A DNA stretch of 64,000 bases, taken from contig JACROU010000034.1 in NCBI GenBank assembly GCA_016214265.1, forward strand, positions 5,878 to 69,877. The letters are read 5' to 3'. Position 1 is the first letter of the stretch; each line of letters starts with the position of its first letter. Positions 47,677 through 58,200 of this stretch are shown here, in pieces. The notes beneath the pieces were generated by a model, which was given only the letters and a program-made list of their open reading frames with translations, was not told where the DNA came from and did not search any database. The position numbers and the translations under genes were made by a program. The DNA comes from Candidatus Omnitrophota bacterium. Lineage in GTDB: Bacteria; Omnitrophota; Omnitrophia; Omnitrophales; JACROU01.

Positions 47677-49305
47677 TTGAAGATACTCTTAATCAATCCT
47701 TTATTCCCCGATTCCCTGTGGTGCTTTCGAGGGATTCGCCATTTGACCCCCGCTCACGCCCATGCCCCCGTTGGTCTATGCACCGTTGCCGGACTCACCC
47801 CCCCTGATGTAGATGTAGAAATTCTCGATGAAAACGTAGAGCCGATGGATTTTGAGCGGGAATGCGACATTGTCGCAATGACGGCGTTTAACGTTCAGGT
47901 GCCACGGGCGCTAGAAATCGCTGCGGAATTTAGAAAACGCGGCAAAACCCTAGTTTTTGGCGGTCCGTACTCTTCCCTGATCGGCGAAAAGTTCCTCCCT
48001 TTTTATGATGTCTGTTTCAAGGGCGAAACGGAATACACCTGGCCTCAATTTATTGAAGAATACAAGCAGGGCAAGCACAAGCGGCTTTACGTTCAAGAAG
48101 GCAATATCGACATTTCAAAGTCCCCGACGCCCCGTTTTGACCTATTGAAAGCGGATCGCTACGCCTGTTTTTATCTACAAACCACCCGCGGGTGCCCCTT
48201 CAAATGTGAATTCTGCGATATCATCATCTCCGACGGACGCATCCCACGCGCCAAATCCGTCGAGCAAATCATCAAGGAAGCGGAAGTTTTGCGCAAAATC
48301 GGGGCAAACAACGTGACGTTTTCGGACGCCAACTTTATTGGAAATCCCGTTTCCGCAAAAAAAATCCTGGAAGCTCTTGTGGATTGGGGCAAACAGCACA
48401 ATTTCCCGATTCGCTGGAACTGTGAGCTGACAATCAACGTCGCCGAGCGCGACGATCTTCTGGAGCTGGCACGGCAGGCGAATTTCGGCGGCATGTTTTT
48501 CGGTATCGAAACTCCACGCAAATCAAGCCTTTCGGAAACAATGAAAACTGTGAACCTGAAACGCTCGCTCGTGGAAAGCGTACAAAAAGTTCAGTCTTAC
48601 AATATCGTCACCTGGTCCGGCATGATTGTGGGATTCGACCACGACGATAATCAAATTTTTCAGGAACAGCTCGATTTTCTTCAAGAAGCGGGCATCCCCT
48701 TCACCACAGCGGGTATTCTGGTAGCGATTCCGCTTACCCCACTGTATGACCGCCTGGAAAAAGAGGGCCGCCTGACGATGGATCTTTCGCGCATGATTGA
48801 GGATTCGGAAAAATGGCGCGGGCACGGTTCCGGTGATTTGAATTTTATCCCGAAGCTGATGTCGCAGGAGGAAATCAAAACCGGCTACAACTGGTTAATC
48901 CGTGCGATGTACTCGTATGAGGCAATGGCCGAACGCCTGATCAAGTGCTTCTCAAATTTCAGAAAATATGAACCGTTGCGCAAGCCGGACAAATTTAGTT
49001 GGATGGGATTTTTGAAAGGCATGAAGTTTATGGGGCAAATCTTTAAACACTTCGTGCTGACCCGGAATAAAATCCGGCGTCAATTTTTCTTCAAGGTGAT
49101 AAAAGCTTGGTGGGAGAACCGCAAGATTTGGAATCTGGAGCACATTATCAGCTGCCTCACCATTCACATTCACTTCCATTTTTATGTGAATGAGTCACAG
49201 GGCGATCCCGACTCGGCGGGATTTGTCTCGCCCTTCAATGGCATCGAGCCCATGCATCAACCGGTTTCCACTGAACCGACGCTTATTGCTTCGCGTACGG
49301 TTTGA
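47677..49305 (+). CDS. B12-binding-domain radical SAM protein (class B rSAM with DUF4070-like C-terminus), function unknown
   Basis: 542 aa; N-terminal cobalamin-binding Rossmann-like region, CxxxCxxC (GCPFKCEFCD) radical SAM motif. Confidence 0.75.
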   Translation: MKILLINPLFPDSLWCFRGIRHLTPAHAHAPVGLCTVAGLTPPDVDVEILDENVEPMDFERECDIVAMTAFNVQVPRALEIAAEFRKRGKTLVFGGPYSSLIGEKFLPFYDVCFKGETEYTWPQFIEEYKQGKHKRLYVQEGNIDISKSPTPRFDLLKADRYACFYLQTTRGCPFKCEFCDIIISDGRIPRAKSVEQIIKEAEVLRKIGANNVTFSDANFIGNPVSAKKILEALVDWGKQHNFPIRWNCELTINVAERDDLLELARQANFGGMFFGIETPRKSSLSETMKTVNLKRSLVESVQKVQSYNIVTWSGMIVGFDHDDNQIFQEQLDFLQEAGIPFTTAGILVAIPLTPLYDRLEKEGRLTMDLSRMIEDSEKWRGHGSGDLNFIPKLMSQEEIKTGYNWLIRAMYSYEAMAERLIKCFSNFRKYEPLRKPDKFSWMGFLKGMKFMGQIFKHFVLTRNKIRRQFFFKVIKAWWENRKIWNLEHIISCLTIHIHFHFYVNESQGDPDSAGFVSPFNGIEPMHQPVSTEPTLIASRTV

Positions 49306-49308
49306 TTG

Positions 49309-50859
49309 TCATTCCCGTTTTTTCCGGGATGACATTAAAATTTCTCTCGTCTGAATTTTGTAACCTTCCACGCCGTCCTGCAGATACGTAAAATCTTTGT
49401 AGGTTCCATCCACGAATTGCTCTTTTTCAAGTCCGCGCAGTTTTCCTTCCACCGCAACGATTGACTGAAAAAGATAAATGAAACGCGCCACTTCACGCAC
49501 AGTACGTTCAGGAATCACAATCGTGTAATTAAGAATGCCGCGTTCCGTCGCGTCACGCATAACACCTTCCATCGAAGCCTGTTGCACTTTCGATAGCGGC
49601 AGTCCCTCCATCGATTCAATTTCTTTTCCTTTAATAGCGCTTCCGTGAGGAATTACTGAATCGCGGCCGGCCGCTGTTTTTTGAGTGCCCACAAAAAGCA
49701 CCAGATCCCGCATCGCACCGGTTCCCTCTGCCGCGCCGTTCCAAATCGAATGCATTTTTTCGGAACCGACAATCGAAACAAAATCCATCCCTTGACCGAA
49801 TTTCTGAACCGACTCAGAATAAAGCTGCTGCGCTAAATCGCCCACTTGTTTTAAAAGCGGATCGTAAACAATCATAATCAAGAAAGTTTTTTTCTTTTTT
49901 ACTTCCGCGATTACCTGATTCATCGCCGACTGAAACACCACGTTTTTTTCGTTATCGGCCGGATTATCAAGCATATCAGAAATCGCGTCTTTAATTCCGC
50001 TCATCGCATCCATCACCCGCGAGCGCGGACTTTCGCCTAACTTCTCATTCGCGGTCACCGCTAACGCAAGAAGTCCGACGGGTGAAAAAGCCGAGAACCG
50101 CCCTCCCGTTCCATCGGGCACCGAAAGCATCGCGTAAAACGGATCGATTTTATTCAGCTGAAATAAAAGACTTTTTTCATTCAGACCCGTGGTCGCTACA
50201 AAAAATTGCCCCACCCCGCTTTTTAGATTCAACCGCTTTTGAAGAAAATCGCGGACAATCAAAAACGCGGCCAAAGTTTCCTGAGTACTTCCCGATTTCG
50301 AAATGACATTAAATTTTGTTTTTTGCAAAAGTCCGCGCTTATCCAAGCCTTCGAGTAAATCTGAAACTTTTTCCGGACTAAAATCATTTCCGATGAAATG
50401 AATTTCAGGTGCCCCGCCGCGAGCCTCACGCGGAAGAAAATTATGATGCGTGCTAAGTGTAGACCAGACAATGGCTTGCGTCGTTAAGTCTGAACCACCA
50501 ATTCCCAGATTAACCCACACTTCACACTTTTGGGAGCGCACTTTTTCAGCAACACAAATTACATCCTGAATATTTTTATTTTCGATCACGAGCTTGCCGT
50601 CTTTATCCAGCGGATCTTTGAGGGAAACAGATTCTGGAATTTCTAAATCAATCCACGGAAGTGTCCAGCCCCGAAGAACTTTTTTCAAATGCAAACGGCC
50701 TTTGCCATTAGAGGCGTTGGCAAACTCTTCGCGGAACTTAGTTTGTATTTGTTTTACCTTTCCGCTCAATTCCGTCTTGTCTTGAGGTGTAAACCGGGAA
50801 TTAGATTGGATTTTTTCTGATGAGAGATTTTCTTGTTTGATGTGAACTGAGGTACTCAA
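49309..50859 (-). CDS. pgi: glucose-6-phosphate isomerase family (SIS domains), divergent
   Basis: 516 aa; LGIGGSDL and ISKSGSTQETL motifs resembling PGI signatures; canonical GGRYS not seen, so assignment is tentative. Confidence 0.55.
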   Translation of the reverse strand: MSTSVHIKQENLSSEKIQSNSRFTPQDKTELSGKVKQIQTKFREEFANASNGKGRLHLKKVLRGWTLPWIDLEIPESVSLKDPLDKDGKLVIENKNIQDVICVAEKVRSQKCEVWVNLGIGGSDLTTQAIVWSTLSTHHNFLPREARGGAPEIHFIGNDFSPEKVSDLLEGLDKRGLLQKTKFNVISKSGSTQETLAAFLIVRDFLQKRLNLKSGVGQFFVATTGLNEKSLLFQLNKIDPFYAMLSVPDGTGGRFSAFSPVGLLALAVTANEKLGESPRSRVMDAMSGIKDAISDMLDNPADNEKNVVFQSAMNQVIAEVKKKKTFLIMIVYDPLLKQVGDLAQQLYSESVQKFGQGMDFVSIVGSEKMHSIWNGAAEGTGAMRDLVLFVGTQKTAAGRDSVIPHGSAIKGKEIESMEGLPLSKVQQASMEGVMRDATERGILNYTIVIPERTVREVARFIYLFQSIVAVEGKLRGLEKEQFVDGTYKDFTYLQDGVEGYKIQTREILMSSRKKRE

Positions 50860-50930
50860 TGGAAAACTCCTTTCTTAGTGGCCAATAAGGGGGCTATTCT
50901 ACGAAAGGAGTGAAGTTGTGACTAGTGTTT

Positions 50931-52655
50931 TTAAAACTCGGTATTGAGAACGAAATGAATCCGGAAGGTGTCGCCATCGCTGGGGCCATCACCAATTGCC
51001 TCGGCAAGATAAATACGCGCGGTAAAATGATTAAACAAATCCACAAGAACACCACCACCAATACCCATCAGCCATTTTTCATCCTGTTCGCCAGGCAACC
51101 CCTTATTTAGCCAAGACTTGCCGATATCCGTAAATCCGACCAATTGAAATTGCTCGCGCGGTTTTTGTCCAAACAATTCAAAATTTTTGGGAATCAAGTA
51201 CGGTGGAAACCGCAATTCAAACGATCCGGTATATCCTTTATCCCCCAAATAATCTCCTTCCGGATAGCCACGCACTGTCTCCATGCCACCTTCACGAAAC
51301 TGCTCAGAAGAAACCAGCCGGTCCGGCGTAATTTGCATTGCTCCGCGCACCACAACAATCGAATCAAACAAAAAGCGGTTAAAACGCGCGCCGCCAAGAC
51401 TCCATGAGAAAAATTGCCCGCCGGTATCTGGTCGGCTGGCTTTATCATCTTTTTTTTCCAAGGCTCCCAAAAAACTGCTAAATCCCTGGCTGAATTGATT
51501 GGTCAACACTGTCCGGCCCCACTTATCGAATTGAGAAATATTCGGACCGAATCGCAGAACCCGAAGTTCATCATCCGAAACCTCATGCGCCAAAATCCGG
51601 CTTTTGATTGTTGAAATATCAAAACCGCTAGTGAAGTCCCCTTCCCATTTCGGAGTCATAAATAATGGAAACGTAAACGATGGTCCAAATGTTGTTGAGC
51701 GGCCTCGAATCTCAAATTGTTTGACCTTACCGATCAACGACAAGTTGGAATTGCTGAAGTTCATATTGAACGTGTCGCCGCGGGCATCAAGAGGAAATGA
51801 ATACGAAGCCGATTCACCGATAAAAGCATGATATTCTGAAATCACGAAACGGCTTATCATCCGGTCATTGAGCGTTAAAAAATCATTATGCGTCGCGATT
51901 ATATTCTGGCGCGTTGTTCCAGATGACTTAGTTCCAAGATTGTCCCACTGGTGGCCAGCGTGCATCGGAAACTTGTCTTTCACCGTGATAACAACATCGG
52001 TGGCTTCTTTTTCTTTGGCCGGCGCCAAAACAGCACGTGCGGTAATATCAGGATTTCGATTGATGCGGACCAAACTGTTTTCCAAATGCTGGACTTTAAA
52101 TACCTGTCCATGTTTTAAGTGAACCAAGCGCTTAACACCATACTTGGTAAAATGTTTTTCTCCCTGAATTTTAATATCGGCAACCTTACCTTCAAGAATT
52201 CTGATCTCGACTTTGCCTTCCATAATTTTTTGCGGAGGCAGATATGCCTGACTGGTCACGTATCCCTTTGAGCGGTACAAAGCAGTGATTTCTTTGGAAC
52301 ATTGGGCCAGTTCGGGAAGAAGCACTTTCCGATTCTCAAATTTGGCAGTGATTTTTTTGATTTCATTTGAAGGAATAACCGTGTTACCGGAAAAACCAAT
52401 TTCTTTAATAAAAACTTCCTTTTTGGGAAACTCCTGCCCCTCTTGAATAGCGATGGGTTCTTCGATTTCTGGACGTTTTTGGACTTCGGGTTTCTTGAGT
52501 TCACTGGATTTCGCAAATTCGCGGGATTGAGATCCCATCAATTCAACCTGCCGGCTCACATTGGAACCTGGAGGCGGCTGCTGCTGAGCAAAAGCAGTCG
52601 GAAGATTAACCAGCAAACTGCATATGAATAAGAAGATAAAATAATTAGGCTTCAC
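50931..52655 (-). CDS. ShlB/FhaC/HecB-type two-partner-secretion outer-membrane transporter (TpsB) with POTRA domains
   Basis: 574 aa; signal peptide, POTRA-like (VEIRILEGKVADIKIQGEKHF), C-terminal beta-barrel ending ...NTEF. Confidence 0.65.
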   Translation of the reverse strand: MKPNYFIFLFICSLLVNLPTAFAQQQPPPGSNVSRQVELMGSQSREFAKSSELKKPEVQKRPEIEEPIAIQEGQEFPKKEVFIKEIGFSGNTVIPSNEIKKITAKFENRKVLLPELAQCSKEITALYRSKGYVTSQAYLPPQKIMEGKVEIRILEGKVADIKIQGEKHFTKYGVKRLVHLKHGQVFKVQHLENSLVRINRNPDITARAVLAPAKEKEATDVVITVKDKFPMHAGHQWDNLGTKSSGTTRQNIIATHNDFLTLNDRMISRFVISEYHAFIGESASYSFPLDARGDTFNMNFSNSNLSLIGKVKQFEIRGRSTTFGPSFTFPLFMTPKWEGDFTSGFDISTIKSRILAHEVSDDELRVLRFGPNISQFDKWGRTVLTNQFSQGFSSFLGALEKKDDKASRPDTGGQFFSWSLGGARFNRFLFDSIVVVRGAMQITPDRLVSSEQFREGGMETVRGYPEGDYLGDKGYTGSFELRFPPYLIPKNFELFGQKPREQFQLVGFTDIGKSWLNKGLPGEQDEKWLMGIGGGVLVDLFNHFTARIYLAEAIGDGPSDGDTFRIHFVLNTEF

Positions 52656-52735
52656 AAATCCTCCAAAGATATCGGTTTAGTACTTATTATGTATCGGCAG
52701 GACATAAAACCAATTAACAGAAGAAGGTGCCACGG

Positions 52736-55204
52736 CTATTTCTTCTTACCCACTTTTTTCCTGTGAATATAGTCGTAATTAGGAAGTTCCAAATAGAACA
52801 TCTGGAAGTTTTCGTCCACGTAAAACATCCTTCGTTCCAACGAATCGTTGATAAGCTCCGACGCGGCCACCGCAATTTGCGCTTGAATCGTTTCCGCCAC
52901 AATAAGCAAGTTTACTCCATTCCAGTACACGGCACCGTTGTAAGTTCCGAATAAAGTCAATGTGTTAACCGGCCATACCGTGCCTGTCATGTTTACAGAC
53001 ACACCTCCTGCCGCACCCGGAGCAATGACGGTCAATGTGCCTCCGGTGACATTCGCTTCCACCGCATTCAATGCGGTGCCAATTGTGCCCGCCAGTCCCG
53101 ATGCGGTTAATGTGGAATTAGCGCTGGAGGTAAAATTCACCAGCGGACCGTTACCATCCAAAATCGATCCGCCGCCCGTTGTCGAAACAGTAAAACTGCC
53201 GCCCGTCGCCGTTATCGCTCCGGCAGTTATGTCACCGCCGGCCGTGAAATTAATATTGCCGGCTGCTGTTGACAGCGATGCCGCGCATCCATCGCATTCA
53301 TTCAACGCAATATTTCCAACTCCTGTTACCGTCGCTGTTATCGTATCAAAACATACCTCAATCGGACCCGGATTCCCGATACTGCCAGCCGCCGTAAAGT
53401 TTCCGATTCCGCCCGCCAAATCCACACCCAGATCAGTTCCGATTTCCTCAATTTTGCCCGCGGAATTAATCGTAACCGTATCGCCCGCAGCCGCCACATT
53501 GTCTACGTTCACATCGCCGCTTGTCGTTGTTGTAAGAATAACATTGCGTCCGACACCACCTGCCGTCACGGTAGTAAGATTCAGATCCCCGCCAACTGAT
53601 TCCAAAGTAATCGCTCCATTCACCGTGGTCGCGCTGGCCACACCCAATCCGCCGGAAGTATCCTTCACGTTGATCCCGCCCGTTCCCGTCACTTTGAACG
53701 TGGCGGAGTTCATGCTGAAATCCACTTCCAAAGTGCCCGCCTCACCGATACCATTGACCGATGTCAAATCTGCATCGGTGGCCACCAAATCAGCGGCCGC
53801 ATCCGCACCACTTTCCTCAATCGCTCCGGCCGAGTCGAGCGTAATCGTATCGCCGACAGCGCTCACCACATCCACCGACATATCACCGCCCGAGACCACA
53901 TTAACGGAGCCGGAAAATGTCGTCACGTTAGCCAGCGTAATCGCGTCGAATTCTTCAACATTGATGATCCCGGCCGCCGTCACATTGGCCGTCAAAGTAG
54001 TCACATTGGTTTCAAGGGCATCAACCGCAGTCCCAACACCGCCAAGAGAAGTAATCGTAAGGTTATTCGCCGTCACATTCGTAAGCGCCGCCGCGTCGCC
54101 CAGCACCGAACCATTTGTCGCGGTAAGCGTCGCATCATTCGGCGTATTCACCGCACCCGCAGCGCCAAATGTGACGTTCCCGTCCGTTGTCAGTGTGATT
54201 GAAGAATTTCCAGTGCCCGTAATTTCACCATCCACCTGAATCGCCCCGCCCGCCATCGGAGAGCGAATCGTCACGGGATCGCTGAACGAAATTGCGTTCA
54301 CGGTCACCAAACCGGTTCCATCCGCGCGGCCAATTATGATATTGCTGAATCCGTCAACCAACGCTGTGGGTATCGGGATTTGCATGGTTCCGGCCGCACC
54401 CGCGATGCCAATGCTGGTTCCAGCCGCCGCTGGTTGAAGTGTGATCGAACCTGTGCCGCTCACCGATCCCGCGCCACCCGAAAAACTGATTGAATCCGCG
54501 GTCAATGTCAGCGCATTCACACCCGCCGCGAGAATATTGTTAAACGTCATCGTGGAATTTCCGGAATTGAATTCCACGGAATCCGTAGGCGTTACCGGCC
54601 CGCTAAAAGTCATCGTACCAACGGTGGTTGTGTTGTAGGCTGGCGCGTAGGTGCCGGAAATCAGATTCAAACTTCCATTCACCACGACGGGACCGGCAGG
54701 CACATAAGTCTCACCGGCATTATTAATTCTGAGATTGTAGTAAGTCGGATTGTTTACTCGCGTATTCACGGAGGGGACGCTCCCTGAATATTCCACAGTG
54801 GATGTCTGGGGATCAAAGACACCATTGATCACCAACGGGGCCGCGTCAAAAATAACTTGTTTTGGACTCGTGGAGTCGCTCGTCGTCCCCTCACCTAATT
54901 GGCCGTACGCGTTATACCCCCACGCGTACACTGCCGCATCTCCCGTCGTCATGGCTATCGAATGGGCGCCGCCACCGGCGATCTTCGAAATATTTTGTAA
55001 AAATCCGGTGCCACCAACGCCCAACACTTCTATCGGTATCAAGGAATTGTTGGTTGTGCCGTCGCCTATCTGGCCGAAATTATTGATTCCCCAAGCGTAG
55101 ACACGCGAGCCATCACTTTTCAGCTCGACCGTGTGAACATACCCGGTCTTGATAAATGATATATTCTTCAGGAATCCCACACCGCCGACGCCCAGAAACC
55201 GTTA
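52736..55204 (-). CDS. C-terminal portion of giant repeat exoprotein (last blades of second RCC1 propeller + beta-helix-like repeats + basic C-terminus), separated from upstream ORF by a frameshift
   Basis: ORF frame continues upstream of its GTG to 55204 reading ...[25 protein letters not shown]..., matching earlier repeat [26 protein letters not shown] in the giant ORF. Confidence 0.6.
55143..55194. repeat. exact 52-bp direct repeat (copy 1) of 55748-55799 within RCC1 array
   Basis: ccggtcttgataaatgatatattcttcaggaatcccacaccgccgacgccca occurs identically at both positions, 605 bp apart. Confidence 0.9.
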
Positions 55205-58200
55205 TTGGAGAGGGCCACGCTGTGATAGCTGCCTGCATCGATTTGGGAAATATTCAGCAGAATTCCAAAGCCGCTAATGTCGACAACTTCTACTGGCACC
55301 GAGGAATCATTCATCGTTCCGTCACCCAACTGACCCGACGCGTTATCTCCCCACGCCAACACGGTTCCATCAGTCTTCAGAGCGACCGTATGATAAAACC
55401 CGGCAGCAACTTGAACTATGTCCTGCAGATTTCCAATTCCACCCATTCCCAAAACTTCGACCGGGACCAAGGCATCATTCATCGTGCCGTCACCTAACTG
55501 ACCTTTATTATTTCCTCCCCATGCGTAAACCTTCGGGCCTTCACCACTCTTCAGAGCCACCGTATGGAAAAGTCCCGTATCAATCTGAGAAATATTTTGC
55601 AAATAATCCACGCCGCCGACGCCCAATACCTCCACCGGCGTTGACGAATTGCCCGTCGCACCGTTATTGCCCAACTGGCCGTGATCATTGCTTCCCCACG
55701 CGTAAACGCGCGAGCCATCGCTTTTCAGCGCGACCGTGTGATCATATCCGGTCTTGATAAATGATATATTCTTCAGGAATCCCACACCGCCGACGCCCAA
55801 CACCTCGACCGGCACAGAAGAATTATTCGTCGTCCCATCACCCAACTGACCCTGCGCATTGTATCCCCACGCATAAACCAAACCATCCATCGTAAGTGCA
55901 ACAGTAAAATAACCACCGCCGGCAATCTGACTGATGTTACTGAGAGTCCCGACGGCCGTTGTGTTGAGATTCCATGTTCCGCTTCCTGCTTCAAGCCGAT
56001 GATTGAGCTCTACCGTCAGCTGACCTGACACGGTAACCTGATTTGCCAGGATTTTTGAAGTCACTTCCGCGGTCGCGCCGTCGCCGAAGGTGAGATGATT
56101 GAACGTCCAGTCAGTCGCACCGCCAAAATTGCCGGTGCCCGCGAGCGAAAATGTTCCGCCGATAAGATTAATCGTACCGTCACCCGTCACATCGCCGCCC
56201 TGAACTGCAATATTCTTTGTGCCAATCAATGATCCGGCTGTTACCTGCAAGTCTCCTGCCATCGTGAGCGCGTCCGTTGGCTCGAGCGTGCCTGATCCGG
56301 AGTACGTTAAATTATTGAAGTTTGATCCGCCGCTAGTGATCGTTTGCGCGGACGTACCATCAAAAGTTACGGTGCCGGATCCAGCCGTGAACGTGCCGGA
56401 ATTTGTCCAGTTGCCGGCTACCTTGATATTCTGGCCACCGCTAGCCAGATCACCGGCAGTAATTATCACATTGCCATTCACATCGAGGGCATCAATCAGC
56501 ACAGCGCTTCCAGCTGATTTGTTCACGGTGAAATTATTAAAACTCGTTCCACTCGAAGTAATATTTTGTATGCCAGCTCCATCGAATGTCACCGTTCCAG
56601 TGTTCGCGTTAAAGGTGGCGCCCGTATTCGTCCAGTTACCTCCGACATTAATTGAATTGGATCCGGCAACAAGAACCGAAGCGCTGGTCACCTCGCCGCC
56701 CAAGGTATGGAACGTGGAAGGATTTGATTGGTTATTGTATTCGGTCTGAATCCATTCGGCTGATCGGGCTGTCGAGGAGAAGCGAACTTCGTCGATTCTG
56801 CCAGCAACATAATAAGGGATATTGTTATAGGTATGCCCACCGATGCGTAAAGGATTCGACGAATCAGTCCAGACCGCCGTAGTGTCTGAAGCAACGTTCG
56901 CCGTGTTAACATAAATGGTCGTTGTGCCCGCCGATGTCACAACAACTGCGTTATACCATTGTCCCGAAGAGATAATTCCCCCGGCACTCACTATTTCATT
57001 GATCCCTGCCCTGCCCACGCCTACCCTGCCATCCCCGTAATAATATATGGCCCAATTCTGGTCATTATTGACCTGATTCACGAGCCCGCCGGCATCAGCC
57101 GCAGTCGCTGGCATCGTGTCGACATAAAACCATACGCTGATCGTACCGTCTGACGTAGTGAGGTTCCAGCTATTGCTGTCAGGAATACTGATATAATCGT
57201 TTATTCCGCCAAAGCTTCCCGCCCCATCAATCTGTCCTGCTGTCGCCGTCGGACCGAGTATCAATCCATTGTTTGCGTTAGCCGTCGAGTCAGTCGTGCT
57301 TAAAACCGTTCCGTCTGCCAGATGCCACACGCCGGCATAGTTCGAATCCCACACCGCCGACGCGTTCTGAGTATCCGCAGTAGCGCTCGCGCCGTAATCA
57401 AGGTAGAGCGTCGTATCCCGCACACTCGACAGATCCGCCTTCACCCAAGCGATGAGTTTGCCCGTCGTATCATCGTAATATTCGACTTGATACGGCATCA
57501 CGGCGCCAAGTGCATCCGTAAACTTGATCGTATAATTAGAACCGTTTTGCACTTTGCCGATGAGGCTTGCATCTGTGACGCTCACGAGAACCGGGAAGCC
57601 CGTCAAGTCTGCCGGAACTTTCGTGCGATCAATGATGATGGCGCGTCGGGATGAATAGCCACTCTGCCACTGAATATTTAGGTTTCCGCGAACATTGAAG
57701 GCATCCTGCAACGTATAAGTTCCCGACAAAATCGTAACGTTGTTGAAACTGGCGCCGCCGGAAGTAATTGTGTGACTGCCAACACCGTCAAACGTTGCTG
57801 TGCTCGTACCCGGTGTAAACGTTCCGCCTGAAATCGTGAAGTTGCCTCGATAATATTGCGTGCCGGAAGCAGCGGTAAGACTGCCGCCCGTCATCGTCAA
57901 GTCACCATTCAATGTCATGTCGAAAGTAGCCATGTCGAAATTGCTGGTCGAAATCGGCAGATCGCCGGTGAGAACCACATTTCCGGTCAGCGAAACATCG
58001 CTGGCAAAGTTGATGGTGCGACCCGCTCCGAGTCCGGTATTAATGTCGCCGGCCAAATTCACAATACCGACACCGTTCTGAACAAAATTTCCATCCAAAG
58101 TAATATCGCCCGCCGCCGAGGTTATGAAGAACCCGCCGTTGGTAACCGTCATGACATTGCTCGCACCGCCCGTCGCCGTCACGGAATTCGAAATATCAAT

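Larger units (their letters stand above)
54870..55990 (-). repeat. RCC1 propeller B (seven blades expected), disrupted by frameshift near 55194/55195
   Basis: Blades ...[37 protein letters not shown]... continue across the ORF boundary only if frame is shifted. Confidence 0.6.

Noticed and set aside
52962-54239. 425-aa plus-strand ORF inside the giant gene region
   Set aside because: A Pro/Val/Ala-rich low-complexity mirror image of the minus-strand G/T-rich repeats. It is an antisense artefact of the repetitive coding sequence.
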